Counted from the first letter of the stretch, positions 32,307-43,520 are shown. The stretch: DNA of 64,000 nt from an uncultured Nitrososphaerales archaeon (GCA_963713605.1 CAVQMO010000001.1:704001-768000); one strand, 5' to 3'. Translations and numbers: made by a program. The notes: a model not told the origin generated them from the letters alone.

Positions 32307-33272
32307 TTATCCTGAACTCGAAGACATCATTCCTCTTAATGTATCAGCGTAACGATCTGATAGGGTTTTTAGGAAGGTGAAGTTATCAGGAATAGAAACG
32401 CTCTTGCTTGAGGTCTGAAACTCATTTACTAACCTGCCAATCGGTCCTCTCGATGAGTCGGTTCCACTCAGTACAATCTCCCTAATTACATCTTGTTTAG
32501 ATTTTTTTATTCTATTGTATGGAATATTGGCAACAGCTGCCATAATGAAGATATTGGGCATATCTTCCTGAACGTCATCCTCTATATCCTCCCAGTCATC
32601 TAATATATCAAGCAGCGCCTGATTGTAATGAAGAACTAGGGCGACATTTTCATTAAAGCTTGGGAGCTTCGCATCCAAAACCTTTGCGTAAACTAGTGGA
32701 GCATCTGATGATTTTGCGAGAATAAAATGTCTTATTTCGGTATAGGAGAAAGTATAGTTTTTAAGGATACGATGTTTTATAATCTGCTCAAATGGCCAAA
32801 ATACCGAAAACTGTCCTAAAAAGTAATCTATTGAATAAATGAGATGTTGCACATCACATCCAGATTGTAGAAATTCGGTTACCGATGTATGCTCGTGTTT
32901 TGCGAGCAAAGCGTATCTATCATTTCGAGTCTCATAGAATTTATCCGAGAGAAGAACATATCTAGTTAACGACTTTACCATCCTATAAACCCATAATGCA
33001 TTGGCTATGTTTTTTGTATCGAAGTAGGTAGTTATAAAGTAGGTGGGATCTTGTGCGTTTTCATCAACGCCTAGAAATGAATCATTATTTGAATTCCGGT
33101 CGAACCTGCTCAATAATGTACCCAAGGATACCATCTGCTGTACGAAAAGCAGAGTATCAGTGATAGAGTCTAAATTCTTTATTGACTCAGAAATCATATC
33201 TAAATAGACTCCATTCTCAAAATCAGTATCCTTTGATGTGTTTGCCATTATTTGATAATATGATTTTCGCAT
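32307..33272 (-). CDS. class I isoprenoid/terpene-synthase-fold protein (putative)
   Basis: All-helical pattern with LSDKFYE, KSSD and DILDDWEDIEDDVQEDMPN Asp-rich motif. Confidence 0.6.
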   Translation of the reverse strand: MRKSYYQIMANTSKDTDFENGVYLDMISESIKNLDSITDTLLFVQQMVSLGTLLSRFDRNSNNDSFLGVDENAQDPTYFITTYFDTKNIANALWVYRMVKSLTRYVLLSDKFYETRNDRYALLAKHEHTSVTEFLQSGCDVQHLIYSIDYFLGQFSVFWPFEQIIKHRILKNYTFSYTEIRHFILAKSSDAPLVYAKVLDAKLPSFNENVALVLHYNQALLDILDDWEDIEDDVQEDMPNIFIMAAVANIPYNRIKKSKQDVIREIVLSGTDSSRGPIGRLVNEFQTSSKSVSIPDNFTFLKTLSDRYADTLRGMMSSSSG

Positions 33273-33456
33273 TCATCTCGAAATAATAAATATTACTGTA
33301 TCTTAGCAATTTGTATTAAATTGGCTGTACAGCTGACACTCCAAACCTTCTGTGTATTACGCCTAACTTGACAACAGGGCCTCAACTTCGATTCGTTGAT
33401 ACTCGTACCAGGTGAAAGTGAACTTTAAGAGTAGAAAACAGATCTTGCAAAAGAAT

Positions 33457-33537
33457 ATGCGGACGAACACTCAAGGTCCGAACTTACTTATTGTAGGAAT
33501 CATGGGATTGGTAGTGGCCCTAATCGTGGAATCCTAG
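33457..33537 (+). pseudogene. truncated paralog of the 15135 microprotein
   Basis: MRTNTQGPNLLIVGIMGLVVALIVES* aligns to MRRSNKGSNLLIILGIVGVIVAFSVGIL. Confidence 0.45.
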
Positions 33538-33647
33538 TAGAGCAATTATTTTCAATGTGCTTAGACTATAGTTAGCCACAATTTTGCACTATTCTTAATA
33601 TTTGCTCCTTATTTTAAATAGTAATATAACTTCATAGTTTATGACGA

Positions 33648-34538
33648 TTGATATACATACGGAGAAAAAAAGTAAAAGGCATTGACTATGCATACATCGT
33701 AAGGAGTAAATGGGACCATGCGAAGAGGACATCAAAACAGGAGACAGTAAAATACCTGGGGAAAGTCTCTCGGGTTACACAGGAAATGATACCTATAGAA
33801 TATCGAAATGGTCCTACCATAATCTCATTCATAACGCGCTATAACACTGTCAATGTGAAGAAGAATGGTTCTTTAACTAAAAAATTAGGCCAAGATTTAT
33901 TTAGTATGCTTTCTGCAGGTGATCTGCAGAATTTAATCAAAATTTATGATAAATATACCAATCTCTTCGGGATGATTCAATTTTACGACAATCTACTAAA
34001 ACCAGTAATGTATGATATTGGTCAGCGATGGGCAGAAGGAAAACTCGACGTCGCAACCGAACATGTAAGCGTTAACACAGCCAATGCTTTAATAAAAATA
34101 ATAGATAAGAGCCGATTAATTCGCTTTACTAATCGCCATTATAAGGGAACAATCTTTATCTGTACTCCAAACGGAGAACAGCATAATTTAGCCTGTAATA
34201 TCATAGAATCTGTATTGTTATCTAAGGGGTATAAAGTTTATAATGCCTCACCTTCATTACCAGCGGATTCCATAATTAATTCATTAAATAATATCCTCCC
34301 TGATGCCATTTTAGTATCTATAACGTTAACAGACCACATTCAGACAACAAGGAATTTAATCAGAAAAATTAGAACTAAATTTCCTTCTTTGAACATATTC
34401 GTTGGTGGATTAGCTTTAAATGATCCCAATAAAATATATGATCTTAGTGTTACCTCAATTCATGTTATTAGGAATATGGTGCTTGCAGACGCAATAAAAT
34501 TAATAAGATCGACAATAGTGCATACGAGAACAATATGA
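33648..34538 (+). CDS. cobalamin (B12)-binding domain protein with basic N-terminal domain
   Basis: LKPVMYDIGQRWAEGKLDVATEH cap domain; CTPNGEQHNLA, VSIT, IFVGG Rossmann B12 domain. Confidence 0.9.
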   Translation: MIYIRRKKVKGIDYAYIVRSKWDHAKRTSKQETVKYLGKVSRVTQEMIPIEYRNGPTIISFITRYNTVNVKKNGSLTKKLGQDLFSMLSAGDLQNLIKIYDKYTNLFGMIQFYDNLLKPVMYDIGQRWAEGKLDVATEHVSVNTANALIKIIDKSRLIRFTNRHYKGTIFICTPNGEQHNLACNIIESVLLSKGYKVYNASPSLPADSIINSLNNILPDAILVSITLTDHIQTTRNLIRKIRTKFPSLNIFVGGLALNDPNKIYDLSVTSIHVIRNMVLADAIKLIRSTIVHTRTI

Positions 34539-34993
34539 TTAATGATTTATACCGGAAATGCATTTTTCAATGATTTTGATACTAATAGAGGTTACTACTC
34601 CTAGGTACTTGATCTCACATTGCAGCAACGCAAGCAATCCACAATATCAGCACAAAGTACTGACCGAGCTATGTTCCTAAATACTCGGACGAATTGCTGT
34701 CCATCCTAGTTCAAGAGATTGACTTCTTTCATAAAGGCTAACCATTTGTCATATATGTAAACTCGCCTGAAATCGTCCGATCAGTGAAAAAATATTGAGA
34801 ACTTTATAAGTCTTGAAATAAGATCTGACTACCCGTTTTTCGCTTCCTTTATCAATTCGCCATTTCATTATTCATCAGCTCGTCCACATCTTTGACTCTT
34901 ACGAAGATATTGATGGATGGACATGGTTTTGAAATTAGTCGTTTCTAGATAGTTACAATAGACTTAATAGTCTTCCCTCCCGCGACTTTATGA

Positions 34994-35497
34994 TTGTTGT
35001 TGATAGCTACTTCAATTCTTGTGATACTCTTTGTGCTGTTCGGGATTGGAGAAATTCCGACAATTTGGGCTCAGGAATTCAGCAATGTATCACGTATGGA
35101 ACACTCACTAGAAAACATGAGTGCTCAGATGGGGGAAGTAGTGGAGAGCTTGACGATGATGAACGATCGGTTTGGAATGTTGAGGCAAGTACAAGAGATT
35201 ACGGTCTACCTTTTCGTAATTGTGTTCATGATGGGATTGGCATTTGTACTTTTTGGGTTCTACATTGGTCAGGAACACAAGCTCTCTCTCTTTACAAAGA
35301 GACTCTATCTGATTTCGTTCTTTGCCCTCGTCATCCCTGTTACAGTAATACTTTTACGATACCTGGCTAACACTTTATTATCTGGCGACGTAACTAATCC
35401 TTTCCTGACTGTTGCATTTATCCTTCTAATTCCTGTCGCTACGTCTTACATTCTGATGATAGTTAAGTACAGACACGAAGCCCCACGATCCAAGTGA
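34994..35497 (+). CDS. multi-pass membrane hypothetical protein
   Basis: Signal anchor plus 3 TM helices; paralog fragment at 1-102. Confidence 0.7.
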   Translation: MLLIATSILVILFVLFGIGEIPTIWAQEFSNVSRMEHSLENMSAQMGEVVESLTMMNDRFGMLRQVQEITVYLFVIVFMMGLAFVLFGFYIGQEHKLSLFTKRLYLISFFALVIPVTVILLRYLANTLLSGDVTNPFLTVAFILLIPVATSYILMIVKYRHEAPRSK

Positions 35498-35870
35498 TAT
35501 GCAATTGCGATCAGCGTCTCGAATTGAAGAAAACCGGAATTTATCGCGCGGAACATAATCCTCATTATGTCATTTGAAAAAAATTCTGGAACTATACGGG
35601 TAGATAATTCTACCCGGTCTCTCTTCAACCTGAAAACAGACATGCCATTTTTCAAAAGGGTGAATCGGGCCAAAAGCATCTTTGTCAGTTACAAGAGAAT
35701 TTGTCGATGTCGACAAACCTAGGATATTGAGAGCTCTATTGAATCTTCCGACTCTTTCGATTACTCAGAGGGTTCGTACAAATATTGTCATTTATAATAA
35801 TTTAAGACGAAAAAAAGATTAAAACTCGAACGATGCATATATCAGTCTGGTCGGGAAGGGACGACACTAG

Positions 35871-36155
35871 ATGGAATTGTTTACCAAGGAAGAATTGCGA
35901 AGGTATACAGAAAAATTTCTGTGCGGGTTATATGGACAGACTTATGGAAGTTTAGAGCGTTCGGCCAATAGCTTGGATATATTTAATAAAAATATCAGTT
36001 ATGGGGCATATGAGAGACCACAATTCGGATACCAAGCTACACAGGCAATCCTTAGAGAATTGAAGGACCAAGGACTAGTTCAAACCTGGAACTTAGATCA
36101 AGAGGTCAGACTTACTTCAAGCGGCCTTGACAAATGTAGGGACATCTGCAAATAA
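35871..36155 (+). CDS. small winged-helix-like hypothetical protein
   Basis: ILRELKDQGLV......VRLTSSG wing motif. Confidence 0.65.
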   Translation: MELFTKEELRRYTEKFLCGLYGQTYGSLERSANSLDIFNKNISYGAYERPQFGYQATQAILRELKDQGLVQTWNLDQEVRLTSSGLDKCRDICK

Positions 36156-36541
36156 ACTCATTCTCCACTTTGAATCAATTTAGAGTAGCTGAACTAGCGC
36201 AATAGCAAGTCCAATTAGCCCTATAAAAATCGTTTTGAATCTCAAGTAATTAGTCAAATAAAGACTCTGACTTTACTGGATACGTTAACAATCCGACGAT
36301 TAGAAGGGAAAGATCAGAACTCTTGGTAGAGAATCCATTTTTGAGTCAAAATGCGATGGATACGAATTCAATAGACTATTTGTATAAAATACTTACCCAG
36401 AAAAGCTGATTAAGAAATGATTGAGAAATTTTCTATTCTATAGTACAAGGTTCGAAGTGTCGAAGGGCTAACCTGGTAAAATAATAAGCAGAGGAGAAAC
36501 TAATGGAATGAAAACACCCTATCAATTATCAATAAAATGTT

Positions 36542-36907
36542 TTACTCCTTGATTAGCAATGACTCCCCACTGCGAGATGTACCAAGCAAATGAGCGTTTG
36601 ATACATCTTTAACAAACACTAACCCTCCTGGCTCAGTCTCCGAACCTATACTCTTTACTAATTCTCGCACAATACTGTCCGCTAAGGTATCGGGTACCAA
36701 CGTCTCCACCTTTGTTCGTTTTTCGTGCTCTGGGGTAAGCATTCTGCCAGTCTGATAACTGCGTACCATCTCAGGAATTTCTTTCCTTTTTGTATGTCCT
36801 GTTGCGTGTATTTCGGAGAAAGACATTCCGGCAATGTTATGCTTTCTAAGAATTTCAGTGACAGTGGAAAGATCATGTGTAAAAATAAAGATATTTATTT
36901 CTTTCAT
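36542..36907 (-). CDS. divergent P-II family signalling protein
   Basis: MKEINIFI, L......GMSFSEI..G, KVETLV.D, G.VFV.DV..A....T...GE. Confidence 0.85.
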   Translation of the reverse strand: MKEINIFIFTHDLSTVTEILRKHNIAGMSFSEIHATGHTKRKEIPEMVRSYQTGRMLTPEHEKRTKVETLVPDTLADSIVRELVKSIGSETEPGGLVFVKDVSNAHLLGTSRSGESLLIKE

Positions 36908-37480
36908 GTGTCAATTTCCTAATTCGAGCTAGATAAAGTTTTTTCTACATTTACCGTAGATATTCCAAATAGATTCTAGTATGTAACATCTACTTCAATG
37001 CCGCAGAGGCAATTAACTTGTTCCAGAAATATGTGAATCCCATGCTGGCTATGCCGCACCCAATTCATCCAGCTCAAAACATCAAATACAATACAATTGT
37101 TTTTTTTCAATTGTACCCGATAACTTGTGTCCTTAATGGAAGAAAATAACATGATGGTTGTTTATGCTGATCGGATTAGTATCAATTGTCTCATCAATCC
37201 TACAGCTAGACGCGATATCAAGATACTAGTAGCCCAAATACTAGTAAGTGTAATAGTATTTACTAGAATCCGCCCAGGAGCAGTATCAGGTTTGGGGTCC
37301 AAATGTGGCAGTAAAAGGAGTGTGGATGGTTCACCTCTTCCAGTACCCGTATATAGTAGCGATGCAAGAAGGTAAATCGGTACTCTACTATCATTAGGTA
37401 TCTCAAAATAATTCCTACATCATTAGGTTAGTGCTGTAGTGCCTTATATAATCTTCATTGATACTACCATATCTGAGAAA

Positions 37481-38130
37481 CTACTGAGATAATATTCTTT
37501 CTCTTAATGTATCCGCATAATGTTTAGAGAGGGATTTTAAGAAGGCAAGCTTGGCGGGTATACAAATGTTCCTGACTGGCTCTTGATTTTACCTTTATCA
37601 ATCTGATTGTTGATGCTCTTGACGAAACTGATCTTTCCAGTACAATATTCCTGATCTTATCGTCTGTAGAAGATTTTATACTATTGTAATAAGCATCCTG
37701 AACAGCGGCCATAACAAATACGTTGGGCATGTCTGCCTGAATATCCTCTTCAATATCTTCCAATCATCTTGCAAATTATGTAAAGCTTGGATTATAACGG
37801 AAAACTATCGATTCCAGTAAGGAGGAATTCACCTATTAAGGAACGTACCCGCTTTGCCATCAAAGCAAATTCAACATTGTCTGTGTCAATATATTTGTCA
37901 GAAAAGTAGGATGTATCTTGTCAAAAGCCTTACTAATCTATATTCTCATATTGCCTGGTCAATATCTTTCGTATCAAAATATGTAACAATGGGGTACGTA
38001 GGATCCTGTGCTTTTTCATCTAAAGTTCGAAAAGAGGTTAATCCATGTGTGAACTTAATAATTTATTCAATGCAATCATTTGTTCAATGAACGTAATTCT
38101 ATTGTCACTAACTCTAGCCCTTTAGCATAG
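37481..38130 (-). pseudogene. decayed paralog of 32307-33272
   Basis: DEKAQDPTY..VTYFDTK, EYRLV.LLTRYILL, EDIEEDIQADMPNVFVMAAV, HYADTLR with stops and deletions. Confidence 0.85.
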
Positions 38131-38407
38131 TAGGAGTTTTAATCAATTGCAATAATCGGAAATTTAATTATGACCCTCTCTTCGTTAGTATGAATGATCA
38201 TCAATGTGATCTGAAAAAAAGTGAGACCACAAAAGTACAGGAATAGAAACCGACCTTATGACTCTCATCTACTGTTGAAATTGCTTGTATACATGAGATA
38301 TCTGTTACTAATACACTACACTCAGATTTGAGGTTGAGGTGGGTTCGGACCAGAAGAAGCCGAATTGTCTATATATAACCCCCGCTAGATATCGATTAGT
38401 ATAGAAA

Positions 38408-38734
38408 ATGCGGCGAGGTTTTAGTGTACTAATTGTAGGAGGAATTCTGTTAGTTGCGAGCGTAAGCATTGCAGTGCCGGCGATTTATTTACTTGCTTCC
38501 TTGACAGAATCGATGCCGACTGACATTTCTACTAAAGACGTCATGAGCTTTGCTCTTAACATGAACCAAACTGCTATCAAAGAATCACTAAGGAGCATTG
38601 GTATTGACGCGGGATTGGCTTTTTTTGGGATACTTGTTAGTGTCACTCTGATGGTCAATGGAATTATTGCGCTCATCGGGGGAATCATTCTAGTTTTCGT
38701 GGACAGGAGACATAGCAGACATAGCCCTATCTAG
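38408..38734 (+). CDS. membrane hypothetical protein
   Basis: Hydrophobic N- and C-terminal helices; TATA-like tatataa upstream. Confidence 0.65.
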   Translation: MRRGFSVLIVGGILLVASVSIAVPAIYLLASLTESMPTDISTKDVMSFALNMNQTAIKESLRSIGIDAGLAFFGILVSVTLMVNGIIALIGGIILVFVDRRHSRHSPI

Positions 38735-38984
38735 AATAGACCCTAATCAGATGCACAAGCGGAAACTCACGACTCTATCGAAAAAATAAGTAGTGAGTTG
38801 GAGTTGGTGAATAGGTCTGTTCATTCGAATGAAACAGCGTGTATGCCATAATGTAGAAGGTACTGGACGAAAGCGAACGATCTCGCAGGCAGTATCTAGG
38901 GAAACTTTATAATCCAAGACAAGACCGAATATCTACTACTCACAGAATATTTTAATAAGGATTGCGACGATATATGTTCTAGCA

Positions 38985-39137
38985 TTGAATGCATTCGATA
39001 TAAGTAAGAAAAGTATAACCGCTTGGTGTGAGGATTGTAACTTAGTCTTTGATGATAGATGGGCGGCAAATTCTCATAAGGAAAACGAACGACACACCGT
39101 AAAAATTTCGGAGTTTTGGATTACTGGTAAGAGATAA
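38985..39137 (+). CDS. 50-aa C2H2-like zinc microprotein
   Basis: AWCEDCNLVF....AANSHKENERHTV; TTG start. Confidence 0.6.
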   Translation: MNAFDISKKSITAWCEDCNLVFDDRWAANSHKENERHTVKISEFWITGKR

Positions 39138-39418
39138 ATCCCTGATTTAGTGTCATTGTATGCAATCTATTCTTCGGAGATTGCTACAGGTATTCTGGAC
39201 CTACTAGCCCTTATCTTTTTAAGACGCGTCCTTGTATTAAATTGCAATAGTCCATATTCTGTCCGGAGCACAATCCAAAGCCTTCTAAATATACCTACAT
39301 AAGAAGCTTGAAAAAATGCAACTTCAACGAACTAACTTTCACGAACTCAAATTGCATAGAATACCATACTTAAATTAGCTCAATTCTTTTATGTATGGGT
39401 TCCGTTAGTAGGTTGTAA

Positions 39419-40037
39419 ATGCAGCCATCAGACATACTTTCCAGAATGTACCAAACAGACACGATACATGACAAGGTCTATCCAAAATTGGAAGAAGAAT
39501 CGAAGCAGGACTTTGATGATATTCTTCAGACTAACATATTTAACGTCATGCTGAATAGAAGATCACAGAGGAAATTCGAGGATAAACCGGTCGACGACTG
39601 GAAAATGGACATGATTTTTGCTGCCGCTGACACTGCTCCGACAGCTGGTGGATTTCAAGGCTTCGAGATATTCCATGTAAAAGACGTATCAATTAAGACA
39701 AAGTTGGTTGAAGCTGCAAATAACCAGCCCTACGTCAACTCCCCTTCGGTACTAGTGTTCTGTATGAATCCTTCCAGAGTCAAATTAAACTTTCCTCAGG
39801 CAATTATTCAGAAATTCTCACTCCAAGATGCTACATTAGCTCCAGCATATGCTCAAGCTAGCCGCACATGCGCTGGGATTGAGATCCATTTGGATCGGAA
39901 TGATTGACGAAGAAAAAGTGAAGAAGGCTTTGTCTACCGAATATACTCCCTCGTCTATCCTTTGTTTAGGATACCCGCTGAAGTTGCTCCATCCAAAACC
40001 GAAGAGAAATCTTAAGGAGCTCATACATGAGGTATGA
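39419..40037 (+). CDS. nitroreductase family protein (frameshift near 39860)
   Basis: RRSQRKFE, AA..APTAG, QDATLA / AHALGLRSIWIG, LCLGYP. Confidence 0.88.
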
Positions 40038-40299
40038 ACAAGAATTAGCTTTATCATTTAGCATGGCCATGACGAAAGGGCATATACGACTTACTGAATT
40101 CTAGAAGCCAGTAGTTGGAAGGCAAATTTACTGGACAGGGTTAAAATTCAGAATTGCATTTTCTCTGCGCAGCAATTTCAGCATGTGCGTGAATATCATC
40201 AGATATTGATCTGAAAACAAACCTTCACAGAAAACGCAGTCGAGTTCATATTAATTTTCATATTTTTATCTAATTATATCTTATTTCAGAACCGTCCAC

Positions 40300-41073
40300 T
40301 TAAGCTGACGCGTAAACTTTGTAAGGCTTTCCAGTTTCAATATTTACATACTTCCATTCGTGTTCTGGTGTGAAAAGCTCGCGAAACTCCGATTGAAGAT
40401 TTGGATGCAATAATTTAAAAACGTTCTCTCCCAGAGACACCCTGTTTGGTTCCGTCAGAGAAGTTATCTTCGCAGCTACGTTCATCCCATATCCCAGGAT
40501 ATCAATTGGGGAGCTCTGATCATATCCGTATTGAACAACTACATTATCTCCTTCGTCTATACCAATCTTAACAGAAAGCTCAGGGAAATCTAGTTTAGTA
40601 AGGATAGGATTAATTCCCTCTCTTAGCACATTAATTATTGATTTTCCACATTCTACTGATTTATCATATGTAAGGTATCTATTGAAACCAAAAGGAAAAA
40701 ACGCTATTACTGCATCACCGGCATATTTCAATACATATCCTTCATAACTTTCTATCACGGTAGAAACTTCGTGAGAAAATGCTCTGATAATCGTCACCAA
40801 TTTTTCTGCAGGTAACGTCATACTCATTTTAGTCGAGCCAACCAGATCCGCATACATGATGACGAGTGGCACCTTAGAGCTGACATGTTTGCGAAGAAAA
40901 TCCTGACTCCGTTTAATTGAGGTATTATATTGATAGCGTTCTTTTAGGGCGTTTACTAGTCGATCCTGTCTCTGCGTAGACAAGGTTTGCAGATCAACGA
41001 TTTCGTTTGTACTACCTTCTCCAGCGTCAGGCCCATGATACTTTATATATTCATCAGATTTCTTGTCGCTCAT
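40300..41073 (-). CDS. class III adenylate/guanylate cyclase
   Basis: IMYADLVGST, VLKYAGDAV, VKIGID.G, DILG..MNVAAKI. Confidence 0.9.
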   Translation of the reverse strand: MSDKKSDEYIKYHGPDAGEGSTNEIVDLQTLSTQRQDRLVNALKERYQYNTSIKRSQDFLRKHVSSKVPLVIMYADLVGSTKMSMTLPAEKLVTIIRAFSHEVSTVIESYEGYVLKYAGDAVIAFFPFGFNRYLTYDKSVECGKSIINVLREGINPILTKLDFPELSVKIGIDEGDNVVVQYGYDQSSPIDILGYGMNVAAKITSLTEPNRVSLGENVFKLLHPNLQSEFRELFTPEHEWKYVNIETGKPYKVYASA

Positions 41074-41556
41074 TTACCTGTGACCGCGACCTTGATTGCA
41101 GGGGTTTCATGTCGAAAGTGTGTATGCTTCAAATAAATGAATGTATGTTGGTATACCTCATATTCTCCTTCAATAATATGAGATCTCACTTCATCCGACG
41201 CCACGGCTATTCCTATTCAAATTGTACGCATGACTCATATATCAACCTGGTACTAATAGTTTTCAGCAATATTGGCGGCTTGACAGCAATTCATATTTCA
41301 CCATAGTTAGTTTAAGGCGCGGTGAATCTTGATAGATACGTAGAGCAATACCTTCCAAGATCGTTGAAAATACGGAAGTGGAGCAAAATGGAATAGCACT
41401 GTATGTTCTTATGATGAGAACGTATAACCAAAAAATAAGAACTTCATAAATGGTCCGCGGGTGTAGGCTATGTAACTGATGAATCAAGAAATAGTAGTAA
41501 TAATGCTTGTTCATAAACATCAACCTACTGACCTACATGTAACTATATGGGATATT

Positions 41557-41739
41557 TTATTCAATGTCAATTTCAACTTGCAATTTATTTTTCATTTCGA
41601 CCTGCCTAAGGAAATCCAGTAGTTCAAGATAGCAATTTTCCCCTGTGAATATCCTCTCCGTAAGCACTCCGCTGAACATCTCAATCCTAATGGTAATAGA
41701 ATTTGACCTAAGTTCCAAATGAATATTGTTTGGTATCAA
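41557..41739 (-). CDS. small hypothetical protein
   Basis: 60-aa protein-like ORF; start uncertain. Confidence 0.4.
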   Translation of the reverse strand: MIPNNIHLELRSNSITIRIEMFSGVLTERIFTGENCYLELLDFLRQVEMKNKLQVEIDIE

Positions 41740-41978
41740 TTGGATACACCTGTATCGAGAATAGGCATCACATACATTTCCAGATTCTGACCCTATAACA
41801 CTTGATGAGAATATAGTATTGTATGGCGCTCACCTTGGTGCGGGTTTCAAATTTGGTAAAGTTTCTGGAATTTCTCTGGAGCCTTCTGGTACCTGTTGGA
41901 GCAATGGTCAAACCTTGATTCATCCCAACAGAGCTACAAACAAAAATTGTTGTTTCGCCATTCCATTCCACTTAGAGA

Positions 41979-42584
41979 TCATTTGATACTCGTCAGTATC
42001 CTATCTCTTATTTCAGAACGTATGTCTTCAAGTGCAAAATGAATATTCGAGCAATCTGAGAGCCTCTCCTCTATTTCTTCTTTACTAACATCCTTCTGAC
42101 GCTTACCCCCATTTTTGTCATAATATGTCAATCTGATTGTATCGTCAAGTTCAGCACCATTAAGATATGATTGAGAGGTATCCAAGGCAGCAGAATAAAG
42201 CCAAGTTGAATATTCATTTATTCTGCGGAGCTCTTCAAATAGTCTGGGATATTCCTTCAACAGGTCTGGATAATCATTAGAAATAATCTTCTCCATTAGG
42301 TCGGTGCTGGATTCCCTGGGAAGATAGACATCCAAGAGTAGTGAAATAAACTGTTGTCGTTTTTCGTCCGTTCCAGGTGTACAAAAATGGTGAGAGATTA
42401 TGTCTCGGACAAGCGATTCTAGTGATGACACGTTCGTAAGGTACATCCCTCTAATCATGGAGTCGTGTTGACGCAACTTTTCAATCAAAGCTTTATGTTT
42501 TTGTTCATGATTTGTAGACATTGTATCTTCTGATCGGATGCAAACTATTAACAGTTCTTTCCAGAGATCTATTTTTCCAGCCAC
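41979..42584 (-). CDS. hypothetical helical protein
   Basis: 201-aa ORF; likely start at MSTNHEQ. Confidence 0.7.
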   Translation of the reverse strand: MAGKIDLWKELLIVCIRSEDTMSTNHEQKHKALIEKLRQHDSMIRGMYLTNVSSLESLVRDIISHHFCTPGTDEKRQQFISLLLDVYLPRESSTDLMEKIISNDYPDLLKEYPRLFEELRRINEYSTWLYSAALDTSQSYLNGAELDDTIRLTYYDKNGGKRQKDVSKEEIEERLSDCSNIHFALEDIRSEIRDRILTSIK

Positions 42585-43219
42585 TCGCTATAATTGAATC
42601 ATTCAACCTGCAATGTATGGAGATTCGTTGCCCATCCATTAATGAAGCTTCAAGCCAAGATCATAATAATGTCATGTCTTGATCCCAGTTGTGCAACCAA
42701 ATTACTCTAATGTTATCGACCGAATGAAAATCAAACATGTCCAAAATGCTACTGAGCAAAATGCGAAATGGGCTCTTTGTCATGGAAGTGGTGATGGTCA
42801 GTCAAAAGCATTCTTAATCTCTAGATGGAAGGTTGTAATACACGATTATCGGCAGACATCTCTTCTGGCTCTCTTTCCTCGCTTCAAATATTTGCCGGAG
42901 TTGGTCAGGTTCAACATATCCTTGTAAGGATATGATGACACTTTCAGATCCAGAAATGATTCGGGTGTAGATGTGAAATAGGAATAATTTTCAGGATTGA
43001 AAGAGTAAAAACTTCAGCTTTTATAAATACACATAAAAAACCTAATATTGGACCATAGTATCACTTCAAAGAACGTTTTTTTCTTTTTTTCCGCAGGCCT
43101 GACTACGGTGCTTTCTAAATCATATAAACGGCGAGGTGCGTGAAGCCTGTTGCAAATATTAGTGCAACGATCCACCTCTATATTAGCCAACTACAACATA
43201 ACTACCTAATGTACTGTGT

Positions 43220-43428
43220 TCAATCTCCACGTTTTACTTCAAAGCCAATTTTCACTTCCGCCTGATATTCCTCTATCTCTTGATTTTCTATTTTTAAGGT
43301 AACTCTTCCTAATTCTGCCCAGCGGATATTTTTCACTGTTTTAGCAGCACTTCATTAACGGCGTCCTTCATTGCTTCAGCAATACTTTCAGGAGATGTTC
43401 CTACAATGTCAATATACTTGTAAACCAT
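43220..43428 (-). CDS. dodecin (flavin-binding), one frameshift; missed by ORF track
   Basis: MVYKYIDIVGTSPESIAEAMKDAVNE/AAKTVKNIRWAE...EYQAEVKIGFEV. Confidence 0.85.
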
Positions 43429-43520
43429 AAAAAGTAACCCGTATTGTTAATATAAAAACGACTCGATAGGAAACTTTGCGCTCAATTATGATCCTTGAAT
43501 TTCTGCATCAATGAGTGTAA

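Noticed and set aside
37200..37370. K+ channel fragment on the minus strand (DPKPDTAPGRIL)
   Set aside because: No GYG filter recoverable; too weak to call
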